A stretch of 64,000 nt of DNA, taken from positions 3,264,001 through 3,328,000 of the forward strand of contig CH464491.1 in the NCBI GenBank assembly GCA_000002445.1. The letters are read 5' to 3'. Within the stretch, counting starts at the first letter, position 1. Every line of letters begins with the position of its first letter. Both the position numbers and the translations under genes were made by a program. This stretch comes from Trypanosoma brucei. Taxonomy: Eukaryota. This document shows positions 32,697 through 43,580 of this stretch, one piece after another. Under the pieces are notes generated by a model. It saw nothing but the letters and a program-made list of their open reading frames with translations, had not been told where the DNA came from and did no database searches.

Positions 32697-34631
32697 ATGC
32701 AGCAACTTGCTGAAACACTCATCATGGAGCAGCATGTGGAGGCGTTGTCGCTGCCAGAAGTGGAGTTGGATGATGAGGGCCTTATTACGCTCTTTACACT
32801 CATAACACGACGTGATCACTTGGGTTCACCAAATACCAATTGGGAAACGTGCGACAACGAAAACCAGGCGTTACAGGAATCAGGCCCCGCAGCAGCTTCT
32901 GAAGCCGCTCCTAATGATGCACAGACGGAAAATAAAGAATCGGCGTCGCCGGAAGCAGGCGCTGCATTAACGCCAGTCGGTAAATCATCCCCAACTAAGA
33001 CCTTGTGGTTTGGAGTGCGCTGTCTAGACCTCAGCCGATGCAAGGTAACCGACCCCACGAATGTATTCAGTTTGTTTCGTTGCCCGGTACTTGAAGTTCT
33101 CGTGCTACCTCCTAGTAACCAGTTGGGTGATGTTCACCTGCGTGGTATTCTAGAAGGGTGTCCCCACCTGCACACGATCGATATTTCGGGTAACACAGCG
33201 TTGACTACTGCATGCGTAAAGTACATTGGCCGACACAGCACCATTAAAGTGCTCCGCCTTGAGAACTGCCCCGGAATCGACCAATTGGATTTGCCCAACG
33301 TTGAGGTGCTTTTCTCCTCCCTTTCCTACGTCATAAAACTCCATGCCCCTGAGCTTCGTCGGTTGCCTGTGCCGGTTGTCCATTCTCGCGTTTTGTTTAA
33401 CTTTAAGGCTCCAAGATTGCGGGAGATCACACTGAAGGGAATTGTTGTGGACCGTGGTACACTTGACTCCTTAAAGGAAACCGCGGGGGAGGATAGTGCT
33501 TGTGAGCCGAAGCTTGCCCGAAGTGTTCTCTCCTCGTGTGATAAGTCCGCGTACTCGGACGGACAGAAACAGAGCACTGCGGCAACAATGCAGCTCCTTT
33601 GTGCCGGTTTCATAGATTGCACGTTTACTGCTGAAAGTGAAGTGAGAGAGTTCACCAAGAAACAAAAAGCACTGTTGCGGTTCAGTCTTCACGGTTGCAA
33701 GGGCGTCGTAGATGCAAACCTTACGCGCCTTCCTGCTACGTTAATGGACCTTGATGTAAGTGACGCTGCACGATTGACTAACAGAGGCTTAGAAATAATT
33801 GCCACCACGCTACCACAGCTCATACGACTGAACCTCAAGAACGCTGGCCCACAGATCAGTAACGAGGGAATACGACTTCTGCGCGGACTTGTCAATCTGG
33901 AAGTGCTGAATCTGCTTCGCCTACCGCAAATTCTGCCGGAGGTGGTATCTGCCGTTGCGAACGACCTTCCTTGGTTGCGCAAGTTATACCACGAGACGGC
34001 CGTGGTGGGACCACGTAGTGTGGTGGCAGCAACTTCCGCACCCGTGCATCTCGACGTGTTGAGAGAAGATGATGAAGATACGACACGAAACGCTGTCGGA
34101 GAGTGTGCGAAGGAGTTGCTACAACTGCGCAATGAAACCGCACTCGCGTTTTGGATGGATGCACAACTTCCGAAACCCACGTCACTTATCCCACCGCGTA
34201 CTGCAGCAGCGGACAGCATCGATTTGAATGCGCCAAACCCGCCGCTAACAGCAAACACAACATTTTACGAAGCGGCCTGTCGTAAACTTTCGAGGAGCGG
34301 CAACGGAAGTGCATTTGGCTCTCAAAGGCGGGCAATCACTCCTCGCAACGCAGACGCTGCTGCTAACCAGAACGAGGAAAGCGAGAAGGTCAACGTATTG
34401 GTGGTTAGTAGTGGAGACGACTCGCCTCTAATGGCATCAATGTCAGGCGGTGTAGAGGGTGTGAATGCAGACTGCGGTGATGTAGATGATAAATCCTTCT
34501 CTACCGCACCAGATCAACTCAGGGCAATGGAGAATGCACTGGACGAAAAGAACAGACTAGTAATAGAAAAAAAGCCCTTGGGTCCATGGGATGAGGAAGA
34601 CCTTGTGGAGAAACACCGGAGGATCGCCTGA
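32697..34631 (+). CDS. Leucine-rich-repeat protein (F-box/LRR-like architecture)
   Basis: Repeated LxxLxLxxCxxI/L units (LRLENCPGIDQLDL, LNLKNAGPQISNEGIRLL, LEVLNLLRLPQI). The first ATG is 32697, but there is no good polyY upstream and it is in frame with the upstream ORF. Confidence 0.6.
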   Translation: MQQLAETLIMEQHVEALSLPEVELDDEGLITLFTLITRRDHLGSPNTNWETCDNENQALQESGPAAASEAAPNDAQTENKESASPEAGAALTPVGKSSPTKTLWFGVRCLDLSRCKVTDPTNVFSLFRCPVLEVLVLPPSNQLGDVHLRGILEGCPHLHTIDISGNTALTTACVKYIGRHSTIKVLRLENCPGIDQLDLPNVEVLFSSLSYVIKLHAPELRRLPVPVVHSRVLFNFKAPRLREITLKGIVVDRGTLDSLKETAGEDSACEPKLARSVLSSCDKSAYSDGQKQSTAATMQLLCAGFIDCTFTAESEVREFTKKQKALLRFSLHGCKGVVDANLTRLPATLMDLDVSDAARLTNRGLEIIATTLPQLIRLNLKNAGPQISNEGIRLLRGLVNLEVLNLLRLPQILPEVVSAVANDLPWLRKLYHETAVVGPRSVVAATSAPVHLDVLREDDEDTTRNAVGECAKELLQLRNETALAFWMDAQLPKPTSLIPPRTAAADSIDLNAPNPPLTANTTFYEAACRKLSRSGNGSAFGSQRRAITPRNADAAANQNEESEKVNVLVVSSGDDSPLMASMSGGVEGVNADCGDVDDKSFSTAPDQLRAMENALDEKNRLVIEKKPLGPWDEEDLVEKHRRIA

Positions 34632-36151
34632 GAAGGTTTGTGGTAGAGCAGGCGTGAGCGCGGCATCGGCACTTTGGTTAGTGCTGTGGTAAGCAAGGGA
34701 AAAGGAGACATGAAAAAGTAGGTGAACAAAGGAATGAATTGTTGGAGGAAATTTTCCTGGTAACCAAGGAGGGGGGAAAAGAAGAGGAGGTGTCGAAGGT
34801 AAAAACACGTTGCATATAACCCCAAGGTAACGAACTTACCCGAGGGCAGTTTACACGTGAGCCAAGGGAGCCCGTGGGTTCTGCGGAAAGGGATATTTGG
34901 GCTCCAAGTAATGCCGCACTTGCATGAAATGTAAGTATAATGTAACAGTGTGGATATCGTCAACAGCTAGCGACGACGTCTCAGAGTTTGCCTCATACGC
35001 TCCAAGTCACGGGGGTGGGCTCTCAAGTGCAGCGGCGAATGCCAAAACATGCCGCTGCGGTTAGCCAGGGATGGTGTTTCCCGTTCATGTGTTATCCCTT
35101 CATATCTTCATATTTCTCTACGGTTGACTCCCGAGTGCATATGTACGCTTCTGGGGGGAAAGTGAACAGGCAGGGAGGAAACCCGTGACATATATATATA
35201 TGTACCTGTATGTATGTGTTTATGTGTATTTTTTTTTTGCGAGGATTTGACGGTAAGTTTGTAAATATGTAGATAATTACGTTATGATGAAAGTAAATAG
35301 ACAACGAGCAAATATCTAATACGGGGGAAAGGGAGAAAATGGGAAGAAGGAATAGTGGAAGAGAGAGAGAGAGCAGCTCGGGCGACACTTTCTCGGTGTG
35401 AGCTATCATGTTTAGTGGAAGGGAAACAAATGAACGAATTGTTCCAGCGACCTACGTAAGTTTTCATCGGGTGAGCCGATGTGCCGTAAGTCACATTTCG
35501 TATGATGAATCTTTTCTCCGATAGGAAAGGGAAAGACGGGAAAGTGTCGCACACTTTTTTGCGTTGGTGCTGGTCTGGCTGGTTTCTTTTTTTCGTTTAT
35601 GTGTTTCTCTTCTGCGGAGTGCACTCCGTTTCCCATGTGCTATGTTGAGTGTATATTAAGCAGAGGTACTGGCGGCGGTGAGGAGAAAGCCCGCGATAAA
35701 GCCGTTTCGCAACTTCCGTTCTGCATGCAGCGGATGGAATTTTATTTCTTCAGGCATATATTCGCAGTTTAAGGGACAAAAGAATGAAAAGGAAATACAT
35801 CATAAGTACGTAAGCCAGTGGTGGATTCCCCGATGTCAATATTTGATTCTCCCTCCCTGAGACACGCGTTAATTCCACCATTTCTCACCCTACCTTTTTC
35901 CCACCCATACCTCATATTTAATGTAGAGCGTGTCACTACTCAGTAGTAGAAGCCATTGTGAATTGCGCTGAGGGCATTTTTGGGCCTGCGTCAGGTCAAT
36001 ACCAACCGAGAAAATCCACTGTGGGAATTGCCTACAGGTGTCATATAAATACAAGCATCGGTGTTTATAATCACTGAGGCATAAAGAGTAGTATAGCAAA
36101 ATTTTCGCCGAGGGGCCTTTTGCTGTTCAGTGCAGGGAATAATCATATACG

Positions 36152-38506
36152 ATGGACGTGGAGGAATCAGAGCAGGGTGTCAATCCTTTGTGTGATTGGG
36201 TGGCGGAACCTCCTGCAAGGGAGCAGGAAAAGGAGCAAGCTGAAGGTGCTGAAGAGATTGGACCTGAAGAACTTGACGAGTGCCATGGTGGAAATATTGA
36301 CGGAACTGTCGAAGAGGTTGTCCCCGAAAAAGAGGGCGTCGGCCCCGGTAAACATGAAAGCAGTTATATTGAAGAGCAGCCCTCTCACGGAGCAGCTGAG
36401 CATCACGAAGCGGCCGAGCACCGCGTCACAGCCGCGGCCTGCGAGGATGAAGGAATGCCGTCGTTGGCCGTTCCCGAGCCACCCAAAACCCCCACCATGA
36501 CAACCTCAGCTCGCAACCGCCGCTCGAGGACTAACGTTGGTATGCCACCGATTGCCGCAGCCAAACCAAGGGCACAGGAAGGCAAGAACGACGGTGGCAA
36601 AGCTGACAAATGTAGTGGAGGGAGGAGCGCTAGAGGCAGGTTAATTCCCAAGCAGCCGGCTCGAAACACGAGTGCAAGGCAAGGGAAGCCCCCTCTTCTG
36701 TCGCCGAGGTGGGTGAAAGAGAGGGAAACACAATATAGGATTGTGTATGGGAAGCCACAGCACCGTTACCGCGTCAAGAGAAATGTTTGTCAACATCACC
36801 CGGCGGCATGCGGTGGCACACAAAGTGGTTTGGCAGAAGATGACGCGGCACTATCTTTCTCGGGTCACATCCACAATGTGGAAAAGCAACTGCACAAGTA
36901 CCTTTGCTCATTTAATACCCAGTGCGAGGAATGTACCGAGGCAGGGCCGCTGTCAAGCTACAAAACTGTATATGGGACCAAGAAAGCTTCGACCCTCAAG
37001 GCGAAATGTGGAGAAAGTCAACCCCCATTCATCCTTGGGGATTCACCTAGGGTTTCCAACGACCCTTTGTGGAGCGTCAACCGCCAGTTGTCCGAGTACA
37101 CTAACCGTCAGCGCCTCAGCGACAGAGGTAATCCAATGGCTAACACTGAACATGACCGTTCAAGTTCAAGGGGAGTGCCTTCTGATGGCGGGTGCACGTG
37201 GAGGACGAAATCCCCTTCCACGATGTCACAGCCCCAGCAACTAGAGTACGAAACCCGGGACGAGCTTCAACATTGTGCCCGACTCTTCCTCGATCGTTTT
37301 GGCGGCTCCAGCGAACGGCGCGACCTTGGCTATAGCTATCGTTGTATCCTTTTGGGGAAGCAGAAACAACAGTGGCTCTCAGGGTCAACGAAGGGGCTCC
37401 CTGGGGTACGGTGGGCGACGAAGAAAGACTCATCTCCCCCAAGACCACCGTTTAGGCACCGCGCGCACGACAGGCGTGTATTCCAAAATGATAAGGTTCG
37501 GACAAATGCCAGCACCTCGGCAAGATCAAAAGGGGGCCGCACTGGCGAAACCAGTGCGCAAAAGCAGGCGACCAGCCCTCACCATCCAGCGGCAGACACG
37601 ACCACGTACGTCAGAGAAGACTGGGTTGCGGAGCGGGGTGCCGCAATTACACTTGAAGCTTCAAAAAGCGACGTGGAAATTCTGAGAGGTGGACCAGAGG
37701 TGAGAGAAGCAGGAACGGAGCTGTTTCCATGTGAGGGGGCTGTGGAAGAACCAGCTGGTTGCTACAAAGTTGAGGGTGAGGAGTTGATGGGCCGCCCTGA
37801 TGCTGTGGGTGTGGAGTTGGTGAGCGGCTCCGAAACCGATCGTGGAGGGATGGAAAGCCGAACTGAGACTGTGGGGGCGGCTTTGGTGAGCCGCACCGAA
37901 ACTGATTGCGAGGAACTTGGAAGCCATGGTGTAATTGAACTTGTGCAACCTTCGGGTGAGGCCGACATTGATGGAGGGGAACAGGAGGGTCACAGCAAGG
38001 TTGCGAGTGAGGGGTTGGCTAGCCAAGCTGGAGCTGACGGCGAGGAACTTGGAAGCCATGATGTAATTGAACTTGTGCAACCTTCGGGTGAGGCCGACAT
38101 TGATGGAGGGGAACCGGAGGGTCACAGCAAGGTTGCGAGTGAGGGGTTGGCTAGCCAAGCTGGAGCTGACGGCGAGGAACTTGGAAGCCATGATGTAATT
38201 GAACTTGTGCAACCTTCGGGTGAGGCCGACATTGATGGAGGGGAACAGGAGGGTCACAGCAAGGTTGCGAGTGAGGGGTTGGCTAGCCAAGCTGGAGCTG
38301 ACGGCGAGGAACTTGGAAGCCATGATGTAATTGAACTTGTGCAACCTTCGGGTGAGGCCGACATTGATGGAGGGGAACCGGAGGGTCACAGCAAGGTTGC
38401 GAGTGAGGGGTTGGCTAGCCAAGCTGGAGCTGACGGCGAGGAACTTGGAAGCCATGATGTAATTGAACTTGTGCAACCTTCGGGTGAGGCCGACAACGGT
38501 TGCTAG
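36152..38506 (+). CDS. Acidic hypothetical protein ending in about five tandem 44-aa repeats (GADGEELGSHDVIELVQPSGEADIDGGE[Q/P]EGHSKVASEGLASQA)
   Basis: ATG 36152. The 132-bp units recur with the same phase at 37919, 38051, 38183, 38315 and 38447 and are near-identical at the nucleotide level. Confidence 0.7.
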   Translation: MDVEESEQGVNPLCDWVAEPPAREQEKEQAEGAEEIGPEELDECHGGNIDGTVEEVVPEKEGVGPGKHESSYIEEQPSHGAAEHHEAAEHRVTAAACEDEGMPSLAVPEPPKTPTMTTSARNRRSRTNVGMPPIAAAKPRAQEGKNDGGKADKCSGGRSARGRLIPKQPARNTSARQGKPPLLSPRWVKERETQYRIVYGKPQHRYRVKRNVCQHHPAACGGTQSGLAEDDAALSFSGHIHNVEKQLHKYLCSFNTQCEECTEAGPLSSYKTVYGTKKASTLKAKCGESQPPFILGDSPRVSNDPLWSVNRQLSEYTNRQRLSDRGNPMANTEHDRSSSRGVPSDGGCTWRTKSPSTMSQPQQLEYETRDELQHCARLFLDRFGGSSERRDLGYSYRCILLGKQKQQWLSGSTKGLPGVRWATKKDSSPPRPPFRHRAHDRRVFQNDKVRTNASTSARSKGGRTGETSAQKQATSPHHPAADTTTYVREDWVAERGAAITLEASKSDVEILRGGPEVREAGTELFPCEGAVEEPAGCYKVEGEELMGRPDAVGVELVSGSETDRGGMESRTETVGAALVSRTETDCEELGSHGVIELVQPSGEADIDGGEQEGHSKVASEGLASQAGADGEELGSHDVIELVQPSGEADIDGGEPEGHSKVASEGLASQAGADGEELGSHDVIELVQPSGEADIDGGEQEGHSKVASEGLASQAGADGEELGSHDVIELVQPSGEADIDGGEPEGHSKVASEGLASQAGADGEELGSHDVIELVQPSGEADNGC
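37880..38506 (+). repeat. Tandem array of a 132-bp unit (about 4.7 copies, alternating Q/P variant) inside the CDS 36152-38506
   Basis: Identical strings ggaagccatgatgtaattgaacttgtgcaaccttcgggtgaggccgacattgatgg recur at a 132-nt period. Degenerate partial copies lie just upstream (about 37790-37918). Confidence 0.9.
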
Positions 38507-39048
38507 GGTGTGGTTAGTCCCACTGAGACCGGGCACGGTGGGAAAGAAGGTCTGTTTGAACGACGGTAAGGCGGGTGTCACCCACGAGGCACTAGGCGGT
38601 GCAAAAAAGCAGTCACTCACGTGTGGTCTGTTATCTCGGTTGAGCATCCGGTGAGGGGGGAAAGACTGCAGGAGAACCAAAGGGAGAAAGGGGTGTCGAA
38701 AAATTGTACCACCTACAGCTTCCAGGTAGACGGGCTGCGGGTGCGGTTTTCAAATCCTTTTGCTTCTGAACTTCACCCACACGAGAAACTGCGTTAAGGG
38801 TAAATGTGCAAAAGTTTCTGGAAATCGTGCTCGTCTTACCTCTCCCTCCCCTACGAGCACGTGCGTGGTACCACTCCAACGCGTAGAGTGTTTTGCCAAT
38901 GATTCGGTGTTATCTCTTTACACCAATCTTCTTTGACAAAGAGATGGGTATGTACATAAAAAATCATATTATCCCCCTGTATGGCGTAAAGCGTTAGAAG
39001 TGTAAGAGGGAACGGAAGGGAACAAAACGACTAGGAGAAAAGTGAAAG

Positions 39049-39072
39049 TATATATATATATATATATATATG
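39049..39072. repeat. (TA)12 microsatellite, with a (GT)n tract at about 39499-39513 in the same intergenic region
   Basis: Direct read of tatatatatatatatatatatatg and cgtgtgtgtgtgtgtat. Confidence 0.9.
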
Positions 39073-39877
39073 CATCCGTCGTTTTTATGTGTATTTGAGT
39101 GTCGTGTCGTTAGGCAGCCGGATGCTGTCTTATTTATTGTCTTCGTGTGTGCGCTTTGGTGCACCCTCCTTATCCTGTACTACATTTCTTTTTTCCTCCT
39201 GCAGCTTCGCCGCGGGGAGGTGCTGTGTACACACAAAGAGTAAATAAACAAATATAAAACAATATTTTCATTTTTTCCCCCATGTGGTAGCCTACGCAGT
39301 GGCAGCCTGCGAAACCCTGTAATTTTCATGTACAGTAGAGAGAGACAGCGAGAACTGTTTTGCGGGGTACTTGGTTTGTGTAAAGGGTTCACAAGCATGG
39401 GCGTCGCAAAGGGTGAGAAGGAGGGCGATGCGCATAAGCAGTCTCGGCTTTCATCTCCTTCCGCGTCATCTCTTTCTGCGTGTGACGGATGAATAAAACG
39501 TGTGTGTGTGTGTATGGGGAAGCGGAGTGCCGAGCATATTTCATGTCACATACGTCTCTTCTATCTCTTTTCTTTCCAACCTCAAGGTTGCCTCATGGAC
39601 TAATATCCGTGTTTTCCTGACAAATTCATCCGATACCGGTTTTATAATTCCCTTCGATTACCTGTAACAGCTTTTGGAAGTTGTTGTTTGCTTTGTTTTC
39701 GCTCCATTTCTGCTCCCCAACATTCCCCAGGCTTGTATTTGGCTTCCCTTTATATTTTGTACCATACTGTTTTCTCTATGCCTGCTTTATTTATTCCCCT
39801 CTTCAGTTCCCTTCTCCCTCTCCTATCCTACGCTCCTTCCGTGGTAGTAGGGGCCAGGGAAGAGGGCGAGAAAAGGA

Positions 39878-40720
39878 ATGCAGCTAAAGGAGCGCCTTCA
39901 GCAGTGGCGAGAACGGGGACTGCAGGGAGCGGATGTGGACCCACCAGTGCAGAGGCCACGCAGTTTCCGTCCTAGCTGTATAGTTCCGCGTTTGTACTTG
40001 GGCGCGGCAAAAGACGTGCAGGATGTGCGGACACTACGCAGCCGGCTTCTGCCTGACAAGTTGCTGATGGTTGTCTCCACTTGCGACCCGTCGGACCCAC
40101 CGAGGATGGAGCTTCGCCAGATTGCGCCCACGAAGGGGACCGCATACACCGTGAAGCGGTTGGCAGTGTGCTCGTGGGAGGAACTTGAGAAACGCGTTGT
40201 AACCTCCTCTTTTTGTTGCAGATTACCCCGAAATGAGGTCATGGTTGCGACGGCCGAATGGTTGAAAGAGGTCCTCAAAACAAAGTCTTTACCCCCTGTT
40301 TCTTTAGAAGAGTGCCGCGACGTGCAGAAAGGAGAAACCGACGGGAAAGTGTCTGAGGTGTTTGAGGAGGGGCTGTACCTTAAGCTCTGCTTGCCCTGGA
40401 AGGATGAAAGTAACTTCACAGTACGGCCGTACTTTGCGGTGGCGACGGCGCTTATACACGCCACCATGGATGGCATACAAGGTGCTGTCGTGTGCTACTG
40501 TATGGCGGGTAAGTCACGCTCCGCCACACTCACCTGTGCATTGTTGCTGTACTGCTGCTATGACAATGTAGGACGGCCGAAGGACGAGGAAGAATGCTCA
40601 GCTTATAAGGCAGTGCAGGCAGTCGTTGAGTTTGTGCGGGAGGTACGGCTTTGTGTTAGTCCCAACGAAGGGTTTATAGAGCAGCTGAGGGACTACGCAA
40701 GTGATTTGTTGGCGGTCTGA
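39878..40720 (+). CDS. Dual-specificity protein phosphatase (Cys-based, CX5R)
   Basis: Active-site loop VVCYCMAGKSRSATL matches CxxGxxRS of DUSP/PTP enzymes. ATG-initiated. Confidence 0.75.
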   Translation: MQLKERLQQWRERGLQGADVDPPVQRPRSFRPSCIVPRLYLGAAKDVQDVRTLRSRLLPDKLLMVVSTCDPSDPPRMELRQIAPTKGTAYTVKRLAVCSWEELEKRVVTSSFCCRLPRNEVMVATAEWLKEVLKTKSLPPVSLEECRDVQKGETDGKVSEVFEEGLYLKLCLPWKDESNFTVRPYFAVATALIHATMDGIQGAVVCYCMAGKSRSATLTCALLLYCCYDNVGRPKDEEECSAYKAVQAVVEFVREVRLCVSPNEGFIEQLRDYASDLLAV

Positions 40721-41078
40721 TTGTCGGTTGTCGATGTTGTGTCGTATTGGTACGCTCTACGTTATTTACAGTGGTTTTGCGCTGGTGTTTTGGCATAGGT
40801 GTTTCTGTTGCTTTCCATCGCGGACATCTGTGCATAGCCAAAAGGAACGTGTTGACGCTCGTTTGTTGATGCCATTTTTATTGTTGTGGGAGCTATGTTC
40901 CCTTCCACGACCGTGTGCGCCTGCGGGACTCGCTTTTCCCTTCACCCTGTTAACAAATTTCCTTTTCCAGCGCGAGGGCTCACGTGTCTCACGTTGGTTA
41001 CGCACAACACTGTAAAGGGAAGGGGTGTTTACCTCCTCCGTGCAGGAACCTGTGCAAAATTCTCAAGCAAACAAAGCG

Positions 41079-42260
41079 ATGGGTGCCAACAACATAAGGG
41101 AAGGGAGTGGTACCCCACGGGCCAAATCAAACGCGACGGAAAGTAAGGGCGGTGAAACAGTTTCAGAAGACCTGATTTCCGTGCTCCTCTGCGGGACGTG
41201 CAGGGCGCCTATCACGGACCATAACAACATTCTTGGGTGCCGTGAGGAATCCGTGTGGGCTCAGCAGGCCTTTGCGTACGAGGTAGATCTCTTTGCTGAT
41301 TGTCCGCCGCTGTGGTGCTACTCCGCTACCAACCCACAAGGCCGACGCTTTGACATCATACGCTGCACTGCGACTGCGGTAAATCGCTACCGCACGGTGA
41401 CACTGAGCGGACCGTGGTCGGGTGAACATTCCTTTTTCGTGGGTCACAAGTGGTGCTACGCTTCCTGCAATACATGTAGCAGCTTTTTGGGTTGGGCCTT
41501 CTGTAGGGCAAGTGAAGCCCTTAGCTTTAGTGGAGGTAGCACCGAGGACAATGATATCCAAATCGATGGGGGCGGTTGCGGCAGCAAAACCACTGATGAT
41601 GATGATGATAACGTGGATGAAGAAAGTATAGTCACCGTCGGGGGTAATAACAGCAACAATGTGAGCCTTCAAAGGGACGGGGCAAGTGATGATGACGGCA
41701 CTGTGGGTTTTGATCCCTCTGTTCTTTCCTTCCTCGGACTCATCGTGACTAACTGTGTGGGACGCAGCGGTTATTCGCTCAGACAGTACAATGAGCTGAT
41801 GAACGCGGACCCCCTTTTGCGACGGCGATTTGTAGGAAATTCACCGCTCGAAGACCTTCACAGTGGAGAGGACGGCAACTACTTCGTGTCGGCAACACAT
41901 TTTCTGGGACCATCCAGAGATGACCACAGCAGATTATTTGTTGGCATAGGCAGACATCGACAACTGCAGTCTTTCTTGGATGTTGTCCGAACATCTTTGC
42001 TGCCTGTTAACGCAGTCATTGGGACTGAAAGCCAGGATGGAGATGGGGAAACTTCCGAAGATGAAGCAAACAACTCGACGGCTCCCCGCACAAGCTCGCA
42101 CCGCAGTGACTCGAGCGGAGATGGTTCTGAAGATGGCGAAAATATGGGTACATCTCCGTCCTTCACTAACATTCCACCCCATTGTTTCGGCTGTGGGGAT
42201 ATGGCCGACTCCATCGATGAAGATGTTTCTTCAACTGAAGGCAGCGATAAGTCGGATTAG
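41079..42260 (+). CDS. Yippee/CULT-type zinc-binding domain protein with a long acidic, Ser/Asp-rich C-terminal extension
   Basis: Two CxxC pairs with Yippee-like spacing: CGTCRAPITDHNNILGC ... CYASCNTCSSFLGWAF (Yippee C..C...LGW signature). The ORF-track start at 41025 is GTG; the first ATG is 41079. Confidence 0.7.
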   Translation: MGANNIREGSGTPRAKSNATESKGGETVSEDLISVLLCGTCRAPITDHNNILGCREESVWAQQAFAYEVDLFADCPPLWCYSATNPQGRRFDIIRCTATAVNRYRTVTLSGPWSGEHSFFVGHKWCYASCNTCSSFLGWAFCRASEALSFSGGSTEDNDIQIDGGGCGSKTTDDDDDNVDEESIVTVGGNNSNNVSLQRDGASDDDGTVGFDPSVLSFLGLIVTNCVGRSGYSLRQYNELMNADPLLRRRFVGNSPLEDLHSGEDGNYFVSATHFLGPSRDDHSRLFVGIGRHRQLQSFLDVVRTSLLPVNAVIGTESQDGDGETSEDEANNSTAPRTSSHRSDSSGDGSEDGENMGTSPSFTNIPPHCFGCGDMADSIDEDVSSTEGSDKSD

Positions 42261-42640
42261 TGGATAAGCAGGGCAAACCAATGCGTCACTGGTGCTTTAC
42301 CCCACCCCTGTTACGAAGAAACGAATGGGCGCGGCTCCATTCATATGGTCGTTCGTCCCTGTCGACTGTGTTACCTTCCTCTTTCGATTGTTTTAATGGC
42401 ATATCCTTTCGTTTTCTTTTGTTTTTTCTCTCCTTGTGCTACCATTCACATGCACGCATGAACAAACATTACCGTTCAGATGAAACCCCGACGGCACCAC
42501 ACGCTGCCGGCGCTTGGATAAGGCGTGACTACACGAGCCACAAAGGAAGCATGTGGATAATGCACAGCCCACAAAATGTCTGTCACTGATGCGGGCGCAT
42601 CGTTGTGACTTCATTTTGCGCACATGAGAAACTGGCAGCT

Positions 42641-42661
42641 CCCCCCCCCCCCTCCTCCCCC
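42641..42661. repeat. C12 homopolymer followed by tcctccccc (C-rich tract) in an intergenic region
   Basis: Direct read: agctcccccccccccctcctcccccaaaa. Confidence 0.9.
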
Positions 42662-43580
42662 AAAACTCGGACGGAAAGGAGGAAAGCAAAAAAAAATAGT
42701 AGTGCGTGCAGCTACTAGGCTAGGGCGCGTTGACCGCACTGTTGCAGACACAACTCCCTCTTCCTCGTCATGTCACCTCTTTTTTCCTTTTTTGAGCTTG
42801 CGACAAAACAAGTTGCAGATCATACGTTTTAGTTTTACTGTCAACACCATCTTTAATGTCCCGTTTTTTGTTCGGTTGTTTGGGAGTGGTGGTGGTGGTG
42901 TTTCCGCTGCCAGGGTCATGCCGTGAGTCGCGTGCGGTCTCCACGACTGTAGAGGGGAGAATTTGCTAGTTGGAGGGTCCCTGCCAAATTCATGGTGAGG
43001 TCCAGCTGCAAAGACGTTTGCTATGGCGCGGAGAAAATCGTCACCCCTCTGTGTTTGTTTTCACTGGGTAGGTTTAAAAAAAAAAAAATGAAGACAGCGC
43101 CGGCATTGGTGTCGTTTTAGGTAGGCATGAGGAATAAGAAAAGAGGAAACGACCCATTTTCGGCTTGGTGTTTCTTGAAAGCTGGAAACCAGAGTCTAAC
43201 TACCACCGCCCTCAACTCCATGTCTTTTCCTGCTGCTCCTCCCTCACAACCCCTGCAATGTGTAGGAATTGTGGAGCTGATCTTTTCACGACTGTTTGAT
43301 CTAAATAACCCTATATATGTACACATTTATACCAATGGCTATGGGGCTTGCCTTTTCACGTTTCTTCTTTAACATCGTTTTTTGAGTGTGGGGGTTGTAG
43401 AGAAGTTTCGCGGGTGTGGGCGGCAGGAAGAGTTTTTTCTTTTCTTTTCTTCGGAAAGAACAAGGTCTAAGTTATAAAGGGATAGAAAAGAGGGGGAACA
43501 ACAGGGAGCTATCAGCACATTTAGTTCTGTACATTGCTATCACATAGAGAGAGGGTTCGCTCCCTCTCCTCCCTTGGAAC

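Noticed and set aside
37661-38680. 339-aa minus-strand ORF overlapping the tandem-repeat region
   Set aside because: It is open only because the 132-bp repeat lacks stops in that frame. It is itself perfectly repetitive and antisense to a well-supported + strand gene in a unidirectional transcription unit.
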